Below the pieces are notes generated by a model. It saw only the letters and a program-made list of their open reading frames with translations. It ran no database searches and was not told the origin of the DNA. This document shows positions 11,516 to 23,509 of a stretch of DNA of 63,021 nucleotides, one piece after another. Source of the stretch: Octopus bimaculoides (taxonomy: Eukaryota); NCBI RefSeq assembly GCF_001194135.2, contig NC_068988.1, positions 38,492,221-38,555,241 of the forward strand, read 5' to 3'. A program made the position numbers and the translations under genes. The first letter of the stretch is position 1, and every line of letters starts with the position of its first letter.

Positions 11516-11707
11516 GTGCCATGTAAAAGTGCCTGTGTGATGCCGCATATTAGCACTTGTGTAGTTACATGTAAAAGCGTTTGTGCAATATCACACAAAA
11601 GTGCCTGTACAGTTCCATGTAAAGGAACTCATGTGGTGCCATGTAAAAGCTCCTGTGTGATGCCACATAAAAGCACCAGTGCAATGCCCATAAAAAGCAC
11701 TCAGAAC
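11516..11707 (+). repeat. Minisatellite, 8 x 24 bp, at the 5' side of a family D element
   Basis: Units such as GTGCCATGTAAAAGTGCCTGTGTG and ATGCCACATAAAAGCACCAGTGCA, running directly into the family D module at 11708-11830. Confidence 0.8.
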
Positions 11708-11833
11708 ACTCTGTGAAGTGGTTGGCATTAGAAAAGGCATCCAACCGTAGAAACCATGTCAAATCAGACTGGAGTTTGGTACAACACCCCAGCTTACTAG
11801 CTCTGGTTACACAGTCCAACCCTTGCCAGCATT

Positions 11834-12992
11834 TCCTTGGAACTTTCCAGGAAGTCTTCCAAATTCTCCAGGAAGTTCCTATCAGATTCTCGGAACTTTC
11901 CATGAAATCCTCGATTCTTTCAAGGAAGCCCGTGTAATTTTCCAGGAAGCACCTATCACCCTCGAAAGTTTCTAAGAAATCCTCGGAACTTTCCAGGAAA
12001 TCCGCGAAACTTTCCAGGAAATACCTCAGCTTCGGTACTTTCCAGGAAGTCTAATCTTCGGAAATTTCCAGAATGTAGCTCATCCTTGGAACTTTCCAGG
12101 AAGTATTTGGAAGACTAGAGGAAGTCCAATGCTCAGAACTTTCAAGGAAGTAGCTCTACCTCGGAACTTACCAGCAAGTCACACACTCGGAACTTCTCTT
12201 GAAGTCATATCCTCGGAGCTTTCAGGAAGTCCCATCCTCGGAACTTTCCACAGTCATCCTCGGAACTTTCCAGGAAGTAACTTTAACTCGGAACTTTCCA
12301 GGAATTCCCATCCTCGAAAATTTCCAGGAAATAGATCACCCTCGGACATTTCCAGGAAGCCCATCCTCAGAACTTGTCGCATCTTCGGAACTTTCCAGGA
12401 AGTAGCTCTTCCTAGGAACTTTCCAGGAAGTCCTCAGAAATTTCCAGTAAGTCCCATCCGAGGAAAGGGCGAATTAGTTCCTGGAACTTTCCATGGTGGG
12501 GTGAATTACATCCTGGAAATCTCGGGGTTCCGAGGACAGTGTAAGTACTTCCNNNNNNNNNNNNNNNNNNNNNNNNNNNNNNNNNNNNNNNNNNNNNNNN
12601 NNNNNNNNNNNNNNNNNNNNNNNNNNNNNNNNNNNNNNNNNNNNNNNNNNNNNNNNNNNNNNNNNNNNNNNNNNNNNNNNNNNNNNNNNNNNNNNNNNNN
12701 NNNNNNNNNNNNNNNNNNNNNNNNNNNNNNNNNNNNNNNNNNNNNNNNNNNNNNNNNNNNNNNNNNNNNNNNNNNNNNNNNNNNNNNNNNNNNNNNNNNN
12801 NNNNNNNNNNNNNNNNNNNNNNNNNNNNNNNNNNNNNNNNNNNNNNNNNNNNNNNNNNNNNNNNNNNNNNNNNNNNNNNNNNNNNNNNNNNNNNNNNNNN
12901 NNNNNNNNNNNNNNNNNNNCCAGGAAGTAATTCTTTTCCCTCCACCCCTTCTTTGGCACTCTCCAGGAAGTAATTCGCCCCTTCCTCGGAAC
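11834..12992. repeat. Complex satellite with core CTCGGAACTTTCCAGGAAG (20-30 bp units), spanning an N gap
   Basis: More than 20 degenerate units; orientation is partly inverted from ~12455 onward. Confidence 0.9.
12553..12920. other. Assembly gap. Further N runs: 20364-21260, 22337-22346, 31184-31593, 38558-39019, 47289-47592, 50388-50454, 55173-55182, 59077-59086
   Basis: N characters in the sequence. Confidence 1.
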
Positions 12993-13959
12993 TTTCCATA
13001 GCAGCCAAATCTCCCTCAAAACTCCCTACTGTATTAATGCGACAATTCTGCATATCATGTAGTTTGAATGAGAAACTGTAAGGTGTGTGAGCAACTGGTT
13101 GTGTTAATGGTCGAAGAAAGGGGAATTGCATTAGAAAAAGTTTTAATCGCTGTTCTCGGTAAGTATGGGGTCTAGGAAAAATGGAAGATGCATTAAAAAG
13201 TTGACGTTAAGAACTGCTTAAACAGAAAATGAAGCTGTAAGAATTAACAGGGAAATTGTATATAAGAATTAATAATAGACATATCCAATTTAAGAAATGT
13301 GAAGATAAAAGCTTAGTGAACAAGTATGGAATAAGTAATTGTTATATGCTTATAGAAAAACAATTTATATTATAGAATAGATACATACCTGTTGAAGACG
13401 AAAATGTATGTGAAAGCTATTGTATTGGACGTGTGTATAATCATAGAGAAAGTGAAAGACATGAAATGGACGTATGTGGTTGTATGTGTGCGTGTTTTTG
13501 TGGCTAATTTGGTGGGAGTTTTGCTGTCAGCAGGATGTGGTTTGTGTTTTATCTCTCGACCAATGGTTGGACAAGTGAAAATATTTTTTAAATATGTGTT
13601 TTCGGGAAAGGGGATCTTTTGTAGTGGGTGTCAAATGAAAAGAGACATAGACAGTTTTATGACTGAACTTCTTTTGAAGTTGGAGTGAGATGGAAGAATT
13701 GATGTGCGTGCGCATGTCTGTGTGTGGATGTTTGATGAGGTGTGCGAAACAGAGAGTAATGTTGATGGTGTGTGTGTATATGAGAGAGAGAGAAAGAAAG
13801 AAAGAGAGAGAGAGATAACTGAAATTTTCTATTCAGTTTTTGTAGTGAGTGAATGTGTGAGTGATTGACAGAGAAGAACCGAGAGAGAAGGAGAGAGAGA
13901 GTAATTATGTATGTATGTATTATGTATGAATGGCTTCAGTGACACACACTCACATACAC

Positions 13960-14145
13960 GCAGGTTGTTTTAATCGATTTTCTTGGAAACTATGGGTGCT
14001 ATGAAAAAAGACAAAGTGTGTTCCAATCTATGCACCCGTCTCCACATGTGTGCCATTTTTCACGCGAATCCACCAAGCCGTTTGGCCGTGAAACTCGAGA
14101 CAAGAAAGAATACAACGGTCACCCATGTTCAATTTATATTATAGA
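13960..14145 (-). mobile_element. Helitron-type non-autonomous element, 5' terminal region
   Basis: Minus strand begins A|TCTATAATATAAATTG and contains CACGGCCAAACGGCTTGGTGGATT...AAAATGGCACACATG, resembling 5' regions of small invertebrate Helitron-derived repeats. No 3' hairpin/CTAG found. Confidence 0.45.
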
Positions 14146-14277
14146 TATACAATAATCCCTTGAGATCTCAGATATTTTTTCTGAATCTCTCTGATTCTTT
14201 TAATGTTCTTGCTTCCTGGTAATAAATCGATATTAATTAATATCCAATTTTTTACCCTAATGTTTTAATTCTATCTA

Positions 14278-14339
<62 letters not shown>

Positions 14340-14345
<6 letters not shown>

Positions 14346-14712
14346 CATGTGTATATGTTTGTGTGTCTGTGTTTGTCCTCCCCAACATCACTTGACAACT
14401 GATGTTGGTGTGTTTACATCCCTATAACTTAGCAAAAAAGACAGATAGAATAAGTACTAGGCTTACAAAGAATAAATCCAACTAAGGGTGGTGCTCCTGC
14501 ATGGCTGCAGTCAAATGACTGAAACAAGTAAAAGAATAAAAGAATATATATATGTTAGGCGGCACAAGCACTTATACATAGGACGGTAACTTCCACCTAC
14601 CAAATTCAATCACAAGGCTTTGGTCAACCCGAGGCTATCACAGAAGACACTTGCCCAAGGTGCCATGCAGTGGGTCTGAACTGAAGACCATGTGGCTGAG
14701 AAGCAAGCTTTG
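14340..14712. mobile_element. Two partial family A SINEs (3' part on +, 5' part on -)
   Basis: Match to the 42620-43027 copy. Confidence 0.75.
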
Positions 14713-14849
14713 CATGTACAATTATATATATGCATATCTGGTGTATACTGATGTGTGTATATAAATAAAATGGATGGAAGATGTGTGAATGTGCATACAG
14801 TGCATATTCATTTAAAGAAAAACAAAAACATTAATAGTGGCAGCACCTG

Positions 14850-14852
14850 TAA

Positions 14853-14888
<36 letters not shown>

Positions 14889-15189
14889 CAACAGCAGCAG
14901 TTGCAGCAGCAGCAACAGTATGAATAGTAGTAGCAGCAGCAGTATTATTATTAGTAGTAGTAGTAGCAATAGCAGCAGCAGCAGTAGTAGTAGTAGTAGT
15001 AGTAGCAATAGCAGCAGTAGTAGTAGTAGTAGTAGTAACAGTAGTAGCGGTAGTAGCAGCAGTACTAGTAGTAACAGTAGCAGCAGCAACAGTAGTAGTA
15101 GTAGTAGTAGTAGTAGCAATAGCAGCAGTAGTAGTGGTAGTAGTAACAGTAGTTGCGGTAGCAGTAGTAGCAGCAGTACTCATAGTAAC

Positions 15190-15221
<32 letters not shown>

Positions 15222-15345
15222 AGGCAGCAGCAGCAGTAGGTGTAGTAGTAGTAGTAGTAGTAGTAGAAGCGGCAGCAGCAGTAGTAGTTGTAGAAGTAGT
15301 AGAAGTAGTAGGAGGAGGAGGAGGAGGCGCAGCAGCAGTGAGCTG
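14850..15345. repeat. (AGT/AGC)n trinucleotide microsatellite
   Basis: Direct inspection; source of the poly-Ser/Leu/Thr ORFs. Confidence 0.95.
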
Positions 15346-15659
15346 TAGATACTCTATCACTGCAATATTTGAGATTTTCTGATCAATTTTGAAACAAAAC
15401 TAAATACGTATTAAAAAAAAACACAAGAGAAAGAAAAGAAAAAGAAAAAAAGGGGAAAAGAAAGAACTCCCTTAAAGGTTCCTCAGAAGTGCTAGATTAG
15501 AAGCAGGAGGAGCAAGGTATGGCTCCTGAAGGGCATGGAAAGGGACAGGGCAGAGTATCAAGTGTAAAGTCATAGAGAAGAAGAGTCAGGCAGCAGATCT
15601 TGGCATTGATTTTTGCATGATTTCTTAGTTTCAAACATTGATTGATTTGGGGAACAGGG

Positions 15660-16105
15660 AGGGGGGCGTGATGGGGTGGTGTTAATGGTGGGGGGTATGG
15701 AGTTGGGGTGTGTGGAGAGAGTGTGGTAGTGTTGTTGTTGTTGTTGTTGTGGTGGTGGTGGTAGCAGTGGGGAATTATAGTGGTGACAGTAGTGGAGGTT
15801 GTTGGTAGTGGTGCTGACTGTGTTGGTGGCTGTAGTGGCAATGGTATTGGTGGTACTGCTGGTGGTGATGTTTACTGTGGTGGTGGTGGTGGTGGCGATG
15901 GAATTAATGATAAGATTTATTGTGGTAGTGATGTTAATGTTGGTGTTGATGTTAATGGTGGTGGTGGTGCCTGTGATGGAGATAGTGGTGTTGGTGGTGG
16001 TGGTTTTGGTGGAGGTGATGGTGGTGACAGTGATTGTGGTAGCAGTAGCAGTGATGGTAATAGTGGTGGTGACGATGGTGATGGTGTTAGTTGTTGAGTG
16101 TTGTT
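15660..16105. repeat. Degenerate (GGT/GAT/GTT)n low-complexity tract
   Basis: Direct inspection. Confidence 0.9.
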
Positions 16106-16848
16106 ACTGTTGCTGTTGAACCCCAGACCAACCCTGACCAAACAGATGCATTGTCATGCCATTCCAGCTGTGACCGTCCCATCTTCTATAATACTGTCAG
16201 GCATCATCCATTTAGGTGTACATTATCCAATCCATCATTCCTTTTTCATTTTTTAAGAGGCCAGAATGTAATTTGAAGGTGATATGGCTGTTATTTCTAG
16301 CAGGTTGAATGAACATGTCAAGGCTCCATCACTGCTTGAAATAGAAAAGACAATGACAGATTGACGATGGTAGGAGAGGGAGTTGATGGTGTTGATGATG
16401 ACGATGACGATGATGGTATTAATGATGAAATAGCAGAGGATACAAAGGTACCAGAAGTATGACATGAAATGAAAGAAAGTGGGGCAGGGGAAGGGTACGA
16501 GGTGGGGAGGGTGGCGTTTGTTATTGGATTCTTTGGAAGAGTGCTGGAATTTATTAATAAAACCCCTGTACCTTACCTCCTAGTCAATTGTGTTTAAGCA
16601 GAAGATAAATATTTACAAGAGTAATAGTAGGTAAAACAAAGGTGGTGGTTGAGGAGGAGGAGAGGAAGGGAAGAAGAAGAAGAAATGTGAAATATGTGAA
16701 TAAATGGAAACTTTTTCGAATGAAAAATGTATTGATGAAAAAGCAGGCTCTCACTGGTGCTATGCGTAATGAGTGTATATGTATAAATATATATGCACAT
16801 ACATACATGCATACATACATGCATACATACATACATACACACTCTTTC

Positions 16849-17251
16849 ACTCTTTTACTTGTTTCAATCATTTGACTGTGGCCATGCTGGAGCACCGCCT
16901 TTAGTTGAGCAAATCGACCCCAGGACTTGTTCTTTGTAAGCCTAGGACCTATTCTATTGGTTTCTTTTGTCGAACCGCTAAGTTACGGGGACGTAAACAC
17001 ACCAGCATCGGTTGTCAAGCTGATGTTGGGGGGACAAACACACACACACAAACACACACACACATATGTATACATATACGTATATACGACGGTCTTCTTT
17101 CAGTTTCTGTCTACCAAATCCACTCACAAGGCTTTGGTCGGCCCGAGGCTATAGTAGAAGACACTTTCCTAAAGTGACATGCAGTGAGACTGAACCCGGA
17201 ACCATGTGGTTGGTAAGCAAGCTACTTACAACACAGCCACTCCTGCACCTA
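16849..17251 (-). mobile_element. Full-length tRNA-headed SINE, family A
   Basis: Head GGTGCAGGAGTGGCTGTGT...GGTTCAGTCTC, central (CA/TA) tract, 3' GTCAAATGATTGAAACAAGTAAAAGA tail; shared with many copies in the window. Confidence 0.85.
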
Positions 17252-17719
17252 TGATTTATGTTGCATGGTATTTAATATGCCTTGATTATCTTAGTTGTAT
17301 GAATACATGGCCCCTAGCTAATCTGAGATATTCCCCTTAGCTCATTTCTGTTTAACATATGCAAATTATTTAGATTATAAATGTGTTGTACTCTTTTATT
17401 TTTGTGTATATGTGTGTTCTGCCCTCATTCTTGATCAGTCTCTCTCTGTCCTTCTCTTGCTCTTACCTCTGGCTAGGTAACCATGTATCTCCTTTACACC
17501 AGCACACCTCTTTCTTGTTAACTCCTTCACCCTCTCTAGGCAACTGTTTCTGCCCTTGTTCTTGTTAACTCTCATTCTCTCTCTCTTTCTCTCTCTGGTC
17601 AGGTAACCATGGACCCCCTCTACAAGACATCTGTTTCTGCCTCTCTGTCACAAGGTCACCTCCTCCAATACCCCCTCCACACTCAAAGATTCTTTGTCTT
17701 GCAAAGTCACTCAGTGACC

Positions 17720-17915
17720 CTGCCAGTGCAGGTGCCACTTAAAAAGCACCCAGTCCACACTGTAAAAAGGTTGGCATTTGGAAGGGCATCCAGCTGTAAA
17801 AACCATGCCAAAACAGACACAGAAGCATTATGCAGTCTTCTGCTAGGCCAGCTGCTGTCAAACCGTCCAACCAATGCCAGCATGGAAGGAGGACGTTAAA
17901 TGAGGATGATGATGT
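17720..17915 (+). mobile_element. Family D element
   Basis: GGAAGGGCATCCAGCTGTAAAAACC...GGACGTTAAATGAGGATGATG. Confidence 0.75.
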
Positions 17916-18849
17916 CCAAGTATCCTGTTTACTGATGGCAAGGTGAGACAGCTACCAGTTTGGAGCCAGGTAAAAATGCACCTCTTACACTTCTTATATT
18001 ATGTCAAGTGATCAGTATGCGGAAGAGCATCAAGCTATAGGAATCATGCCATAGTTTTGATGCTTGCGTGAGATGTTATCCGTTGACATGACAGGTCCTG
18101 TTTGAACCCATCGAACCCAAGTCAACAATGAAAAAAAAATGTAAAAGCACATGATGGTGATGATGAGGATGATGACGACGACAACGACGACGATGATGAT
18201 GGTGATGATGATGATGATGATAAATGCATCTACATGTGCATTTATATATGTCTGCGTGTCAGTGTTAGATTTATATACATACACACACACACATTCATAT
18301 GCATACACACACACATGTGTATATATGTATATATATATATATATTTGCGTGTGTACATGTATATGTCTATACACTCACACGTGCATAAACACACATATAC
18401 ACACATATACATTCACGCATATGCATGCACACACACACACATACACATACGCACACAAGTATATGCATATGCAACTCCACACAAATCAGAGACAAAGATA
18501 CACAACATGTCCACATACAACATGCGTGCATACATGCATACATTCATTTCTGACGCAATCACTTTTTCTATCAAGCTTGCAGCATCATAATTTGATCTGT
18601 TTATAAGATGATGCACAGTGAATGGTAATGTGTACTCGGTGACATGCATGCATTTAGGCATGCAGCAAAATGCATCAGTAATAACGGTGTCAATAGCAGG
18701 TAAAAATAATTTACGCAATTCTAATATGGAAAGACAAAATACAGAAGTACAAGTTATTGTAGAACTATATATGTTGATGTATGTACTTGATTTTGAGTAC
18801 GTGTGTGTGTGTGTTGTGCTTTTGCGATTGTAGTAATTCTTATCAACAT

Positions 18850-19265
18850 AGCAATTATCGTCGTATTCATTGTTGTCACCACTATCGTCATCGTCGTCAT
18901 CATCATCATCATCAGCATCATCGTCATCATTGTCACCATCATTGTCATTGTCATCATCACCATCGTTGGCACAATAGTCATCGTCAACAATGTCATTGTT
19001 GCACCATCATCATCCTCATCATTATCATTATCTTCGTCATCAACCTCGCCATCGTCGTTGTCATTGCCATTGTCATCTTTATCATTACGATCATTTGTTT
19101 TTATCACCAACATCACTTTTATCAACTTGATGACCCATTGCCAATATCATCATTGTTGTTGTCATCCTGACTGCCATCACATCCTCATCATTTTCCCTAT
19201 AGTCATTTTGTTATCATTATCAACCTCATCATTCCCACCATCACCACCAGCATCATCAACATCAT
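18850..19265. repeat. Degenerate (ATC/GTC)n tract
   Basis: Direct inspection. Confidence 0.9.
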
Positions 19266-19289
19266 CTTTCACATGTGTTTTTCAATCAC

Positions 19290-19850
19290 TGGTGTCATTC
19301 ATATGCATGTGGCATCTGTAGAAACCATTTATACACAAGTATCATCCAGTTACAAGCATCATTCGCACACAGGTGTCATCACACACAGGTGTCATCACAC
19401 ACAGGTGTCATCACACACAGGTGTCGTCACACACAGGTTTCATTGACACACAACTGTCATCCATTCCTAGGAGTCATTTATATATCATTCACACACATGA
19501 TATCCATACAGGTGTGTCATCAACATACAGGTGTCATCCATACAAGTCACTCACACACGTGTCATTGATTCGCAGGGGCCATTCACTCATATATGTCAAC
19601 CATACAAATGCATTATCAACATTCAGCTGTCATCCATACAGGTGTGTTGAATGCAGGTGTCGTTTACTCTCAGATGCCTTCTATACACACGTGTCCTCCA
19701 AACAGGTGTATACTACAGGTGTCATGCTTACAGATGACATGCACACAGGTGTCATTCACCTACAGATATCATCAATACACATGAATCATCAACATACAGG
19801 TGCTGTGAATACAGGTGTCATTTACTCACAGATGTCATCCATATACATGT
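19290..19850 (+). repeat. Degenerate minisatellite with ACAGGTGTCAT core (~14-20 bp period)
   Basis: Near-perfect 16-bp CACACAGGTGTCATCA units at 19367-19430, then roughly a dozen further degenerate cores. Confidence 0.85.
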
Positions 19851-20119
19851 GTAATAATTAAATTATGCATGTTATTGTGTTTTGTTATGTATGTGATACT
19901 CCAATCCATGGAAAAAATTGTCTTTCATGAGACCAATCTGAGGTGCAAAAGTGGTTAGGGACTAATGCTCTGATGAGTCTGTCAATTCTCCATCCGGTTA
20001 TCCCAAGCTGTGTGCACATAAACCATAGCATTCATTTTAGAAGTGAAGAAATTTTGAAGTTTTTCAGCAGATGAAATTGTTACATAGCTAGAGTGACTCC
20101 TCTTTCATATCACATATAT

Positions 20120-20363
20120 ATAATATCCTCCTCCTCATCATCATCCTCAGCATCATCATCATCATCATCATCATCATCACCATCATCTTCATCATCCTCA
20201 TCATCATCATCATCATCATCACCACCACCATCATCATCATCACCATCATCTTCTTCTTCATCATCATCATCACCACCACCACCACCACCACTACCACCAC
20301 CACCACCACCACATCATCATCATCATCATCATCATCATCACCATCATCATCACCATCATCATC
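20120..20363. repeat. (ATC/ACC)n microsatellite abutting an N gap
   Basis: Direct inspection. Confidence 0.95.
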
Positions 20364-21714
20364 NNNNNNNNNNNNNNNNNNNNNNNNNNNNNNNNNNNNN
20401 NNNNNNNNNNNNNNNNNNNNNNNNNNNNNNNNNNNNNNNNNNNNNNNNNNNNNNNNNNNNNNNNNNNNNNNNNNNNNNNNNNNNNNNNNNNNNNNNNNNN
20501 NNNNNNNNNNNNNNNNNNNNNNNNNNNNNNNNNNNNNNNNNNNNNNNNNNNNNNNNNNNNNNNNNNNNNNNNNNNNNNNNNNNNNNNNNNNNNNNNNNNN
20601 NNNNNNNNNNNNNNNNNNNNNNNNNNNNNNNNNNNNNNNNNNNNNNNNNNNNNNNNNNNNNNNNNNNNNNNNNNNNNNNNNNNNNNNNNNNNNNNNNNNN
20701 NNNNNNNNNNNNNNNNNNNNNNNNNNNNNNNNNNNNNNNNNNNNNNNNNNNNNNNNNNNNNNNNNNNNNNNNNNNNNNNNNNNNNNNNNNNNNNNNNNNN
20801 NNNNNNNNNNNNNNNNNNNNNNNNNNNNNNNNNNNNNNNNNNNNNNNNNNNNNNNNNNNNNNNNNNNNNNNNNNNNNNNNNNNNNNNNNNNNNNNNNNNN
20901 NNNNNNNNNNNNNNNNNNNNNNNNNNNNNNNNNNNNNNNNNNNNNNNNNNNNNNNNNNNNNNNNNNNNNNNNNNNNNNNNNNNNNNNNNNNNNNNNNNNN
21001 NNNNNNNNNNNNNNNNNNNNNNNNNNNNNNNNNNNNNNNNNNNNNNNNNNNNNNNNNNNNNNNNNNNNNNNNNNNNNNNNNNNNNNNNNNNNNNNNNNNN
21101 NNNNNNNNNNNNNNNNNNNNNNNNNNNNNNNNNNNNNNNNNNNNNNNNNNNNNNNNNNNNNNNNNNNNNNNNNNNNNNNNNNNNNNNNNNNNNNNNNNNN
21201 NNNNNNNNNNNNNNNNNNNNNNNNNNNNNNNNNNNNNNNNNNNNNNNNNNNNNNNNNNNAAAGTAAAACAGTTCTAACTGAAAATAGAAACCTATTTGAC
21301 ACTCAATTCCTGAAGTATTTCACTTCAACTTAAAGTTGTCAATTATGGAAAACTAATAGCTTCATTTTTGGAAACAATTGATCAGTCTGCCAATCAGTTG
21401 AGACATGAATGACATATAAACTCCATGTTTCAAACAGAGTGTGAGAAATAAGGAAAATGAAATAAAAATAATATAGAAAAAAAAAAACATGTGATCCGCT
21501 TCAGTTTGACGAGTGTTTCTGCAACAGACATAATGACACCAATGAATTGGTAAATTGAGTTAAATTAAATTAAATATAATTTTCAATTTTCTATCAGTTT
21601 CACCAAATTAACCTTAATTGCAATACGTTTGAGCATTTTCTATTACCTCAAACCACTTATCAAAGTATAAACAGACAGGTTTGTCAAACAGGCATGGGTA
21701 GGCAGATGGGGAGA

Positions 21715-22410
21715 TGAATACATACATACACATATGCACACATATACATGTATACATACATGTGCATATATTATACTCACATGTATACACGCTTCCACGT
21801 TCTCATACATATATATACTATCTTTATCTCTCATATATACATATACATATATATGTATATACAGACTCTTTGTTTTTCTCTCTCTCTATCTCATACATAC
21901 ATACACACATACATACGCACATATACATACATACATATACATACACATGCATACACACATGCACATACATACACACATACATGCACACATACTCATATAT
22001 ACACATATACACATGCATACACACAAATACACGCATGCTCTCTTTCACATACTCTCTCTCCTCATTTACACACTTTTTCTTTCTCTCTCTTGCACATGCG
22101 CACACATTTTCTCTCTGACACACTCATACATCTACAAATATGCACATACACATCTACACAGTCTTCCTCTCTCTCCCTCTTTCTCTCTCTCTCACACACA
22201 CACACACTCATATCCACATTTAGCCACAACACCCCCTCACTGTCCCCCCACATGCATATGCACACACGCACACACACACACACATATACACACAAACGCG
22301 CGCGCGCGCGCACAAATACACACACACACACACACANNNNNNNNNNACACACACATATACACACAAACGCGCGCGCGCGCGCACAAATACACACACACAC
22401 ACACACACTT
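21715..22410. repeat. Compound (CA)/(TA)/(CT)/(CG) low-complexity tract
   Basis: Direct inspection; includes short (CG)n runs and a 10-N gap. Confidence 0.9.
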
Positions 22411-22862
22411 CATTGACTGTCAGTATGTCATGTTGATAAGTATGTACATCATAAAAATTGCTGTCTTTATGAATAGTAATTCTGAAGATGCCCACACTCT
22501 TCAAGATTGTTATCTCAAATCGGTGGAGCTTCAGAAGAGATCCATTGTGCTATCCATCCTGGCAAGATGATCTGTGTTCAAATCCCATGAAGTTCAACTT
22601 TTGCCTTTTATCATTTTAGGATTTCATTTTAAGGATGTGTGGTTTTTTCTTTGTGCAGCCCTATACCAGGGATGCTCAGGGGCAGATTAGGGACTACATG
22701 AATCCAGGAACAGGAGTAAGTTGGAGGCCCAGATATAATCATAGGAGGAAGCTTCTCAAGCATGTGTGGGTGGTGGTTGCCCTTTGTTGTATTAGCATAT
22801 GTACATATCATGATCACCATCATCATCATTTTCATCGTCATCATCATCATCATCACCACCAC

Positions 22863-22898
<36 letters not shown>

Positions 22899-23509
22899 GT
22901 CACCAAAGACTGGGTCTATTTAATTCATTTGTGCTAATTAAGCTTTGGTAACTTAGTTCGTTAATTTTTTCACAATGTTCTCTTTATGTTGTTTCATTAT
23001 AATTATTAGGCTCTATTATTAGATTACAATTAGCCTTTTACTAATTTACGCAGAGAAAAAAAAATAATTAAAAACTGAAATCAATGTTGCCTTTGTTTAA
23101 TTGCTTAATTGTTTTTGTTTTGTTTTGTTTTTGTTATAGTATGAAGGTATTATAAATAAGAGGTGTCAACAACTTGGGTGGCTCTCAGTGTTATTGTCAT
23201 TGTTGTTGTTGTTGTTGTTGTTTAGCCCTTGGCTAGTCCTCATTAAGCAGGTCTATGAACAAAGAATGATCAAACTGATGTAATCCCACATTTTCATATA
23301 TCTATATTTCCTTACATTGTCTAATGCATCATTTCTGTATTAAGATAGGCTGTGATTTAAAGGAAACTAGCTGCTATTTCTCACAGGCACAGAGGTGGCA
23401 TAGAAGCTTCCTTATGGCCTTGTGTGTGGTAGACCTTTTCGATACAAACTTTGTGTGTTGCATAGTAGAATGCTGTGATGGTGTGGTGTTGGGATGGTAG
23501 ATCTCTTCA

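Noticed and set aside
12129-13001. 290-aa ORF with RNFPG repeats
   Set aside because: Translation of the satellite plus 368 Ns; no splice signals or domain.
14755-15382. Poly-Ser/Leu/Thr/Val ORFs
   Set aside because: Pure trinucleotide microsatellite, open in most frames on both strands.
16189-16201. 13-nt match to the 5' part of miR-8/200 (TAATACTGTCAGG)
   Set aside because: The rest of the mature sequence and a precursor hairpin are absent; it lies inside a dispersed repeat.
20088-21302. ~400-aa ORFs here and similar ones at 31147-31730, 38503-39183, 47086-47668
   Set aside because: Length comes from N runs.
22262-22410. Tandem duplication of a CA/CG tract
   Set aside because: Identical copies flank a 10-N gap: unmerged contig overlap.
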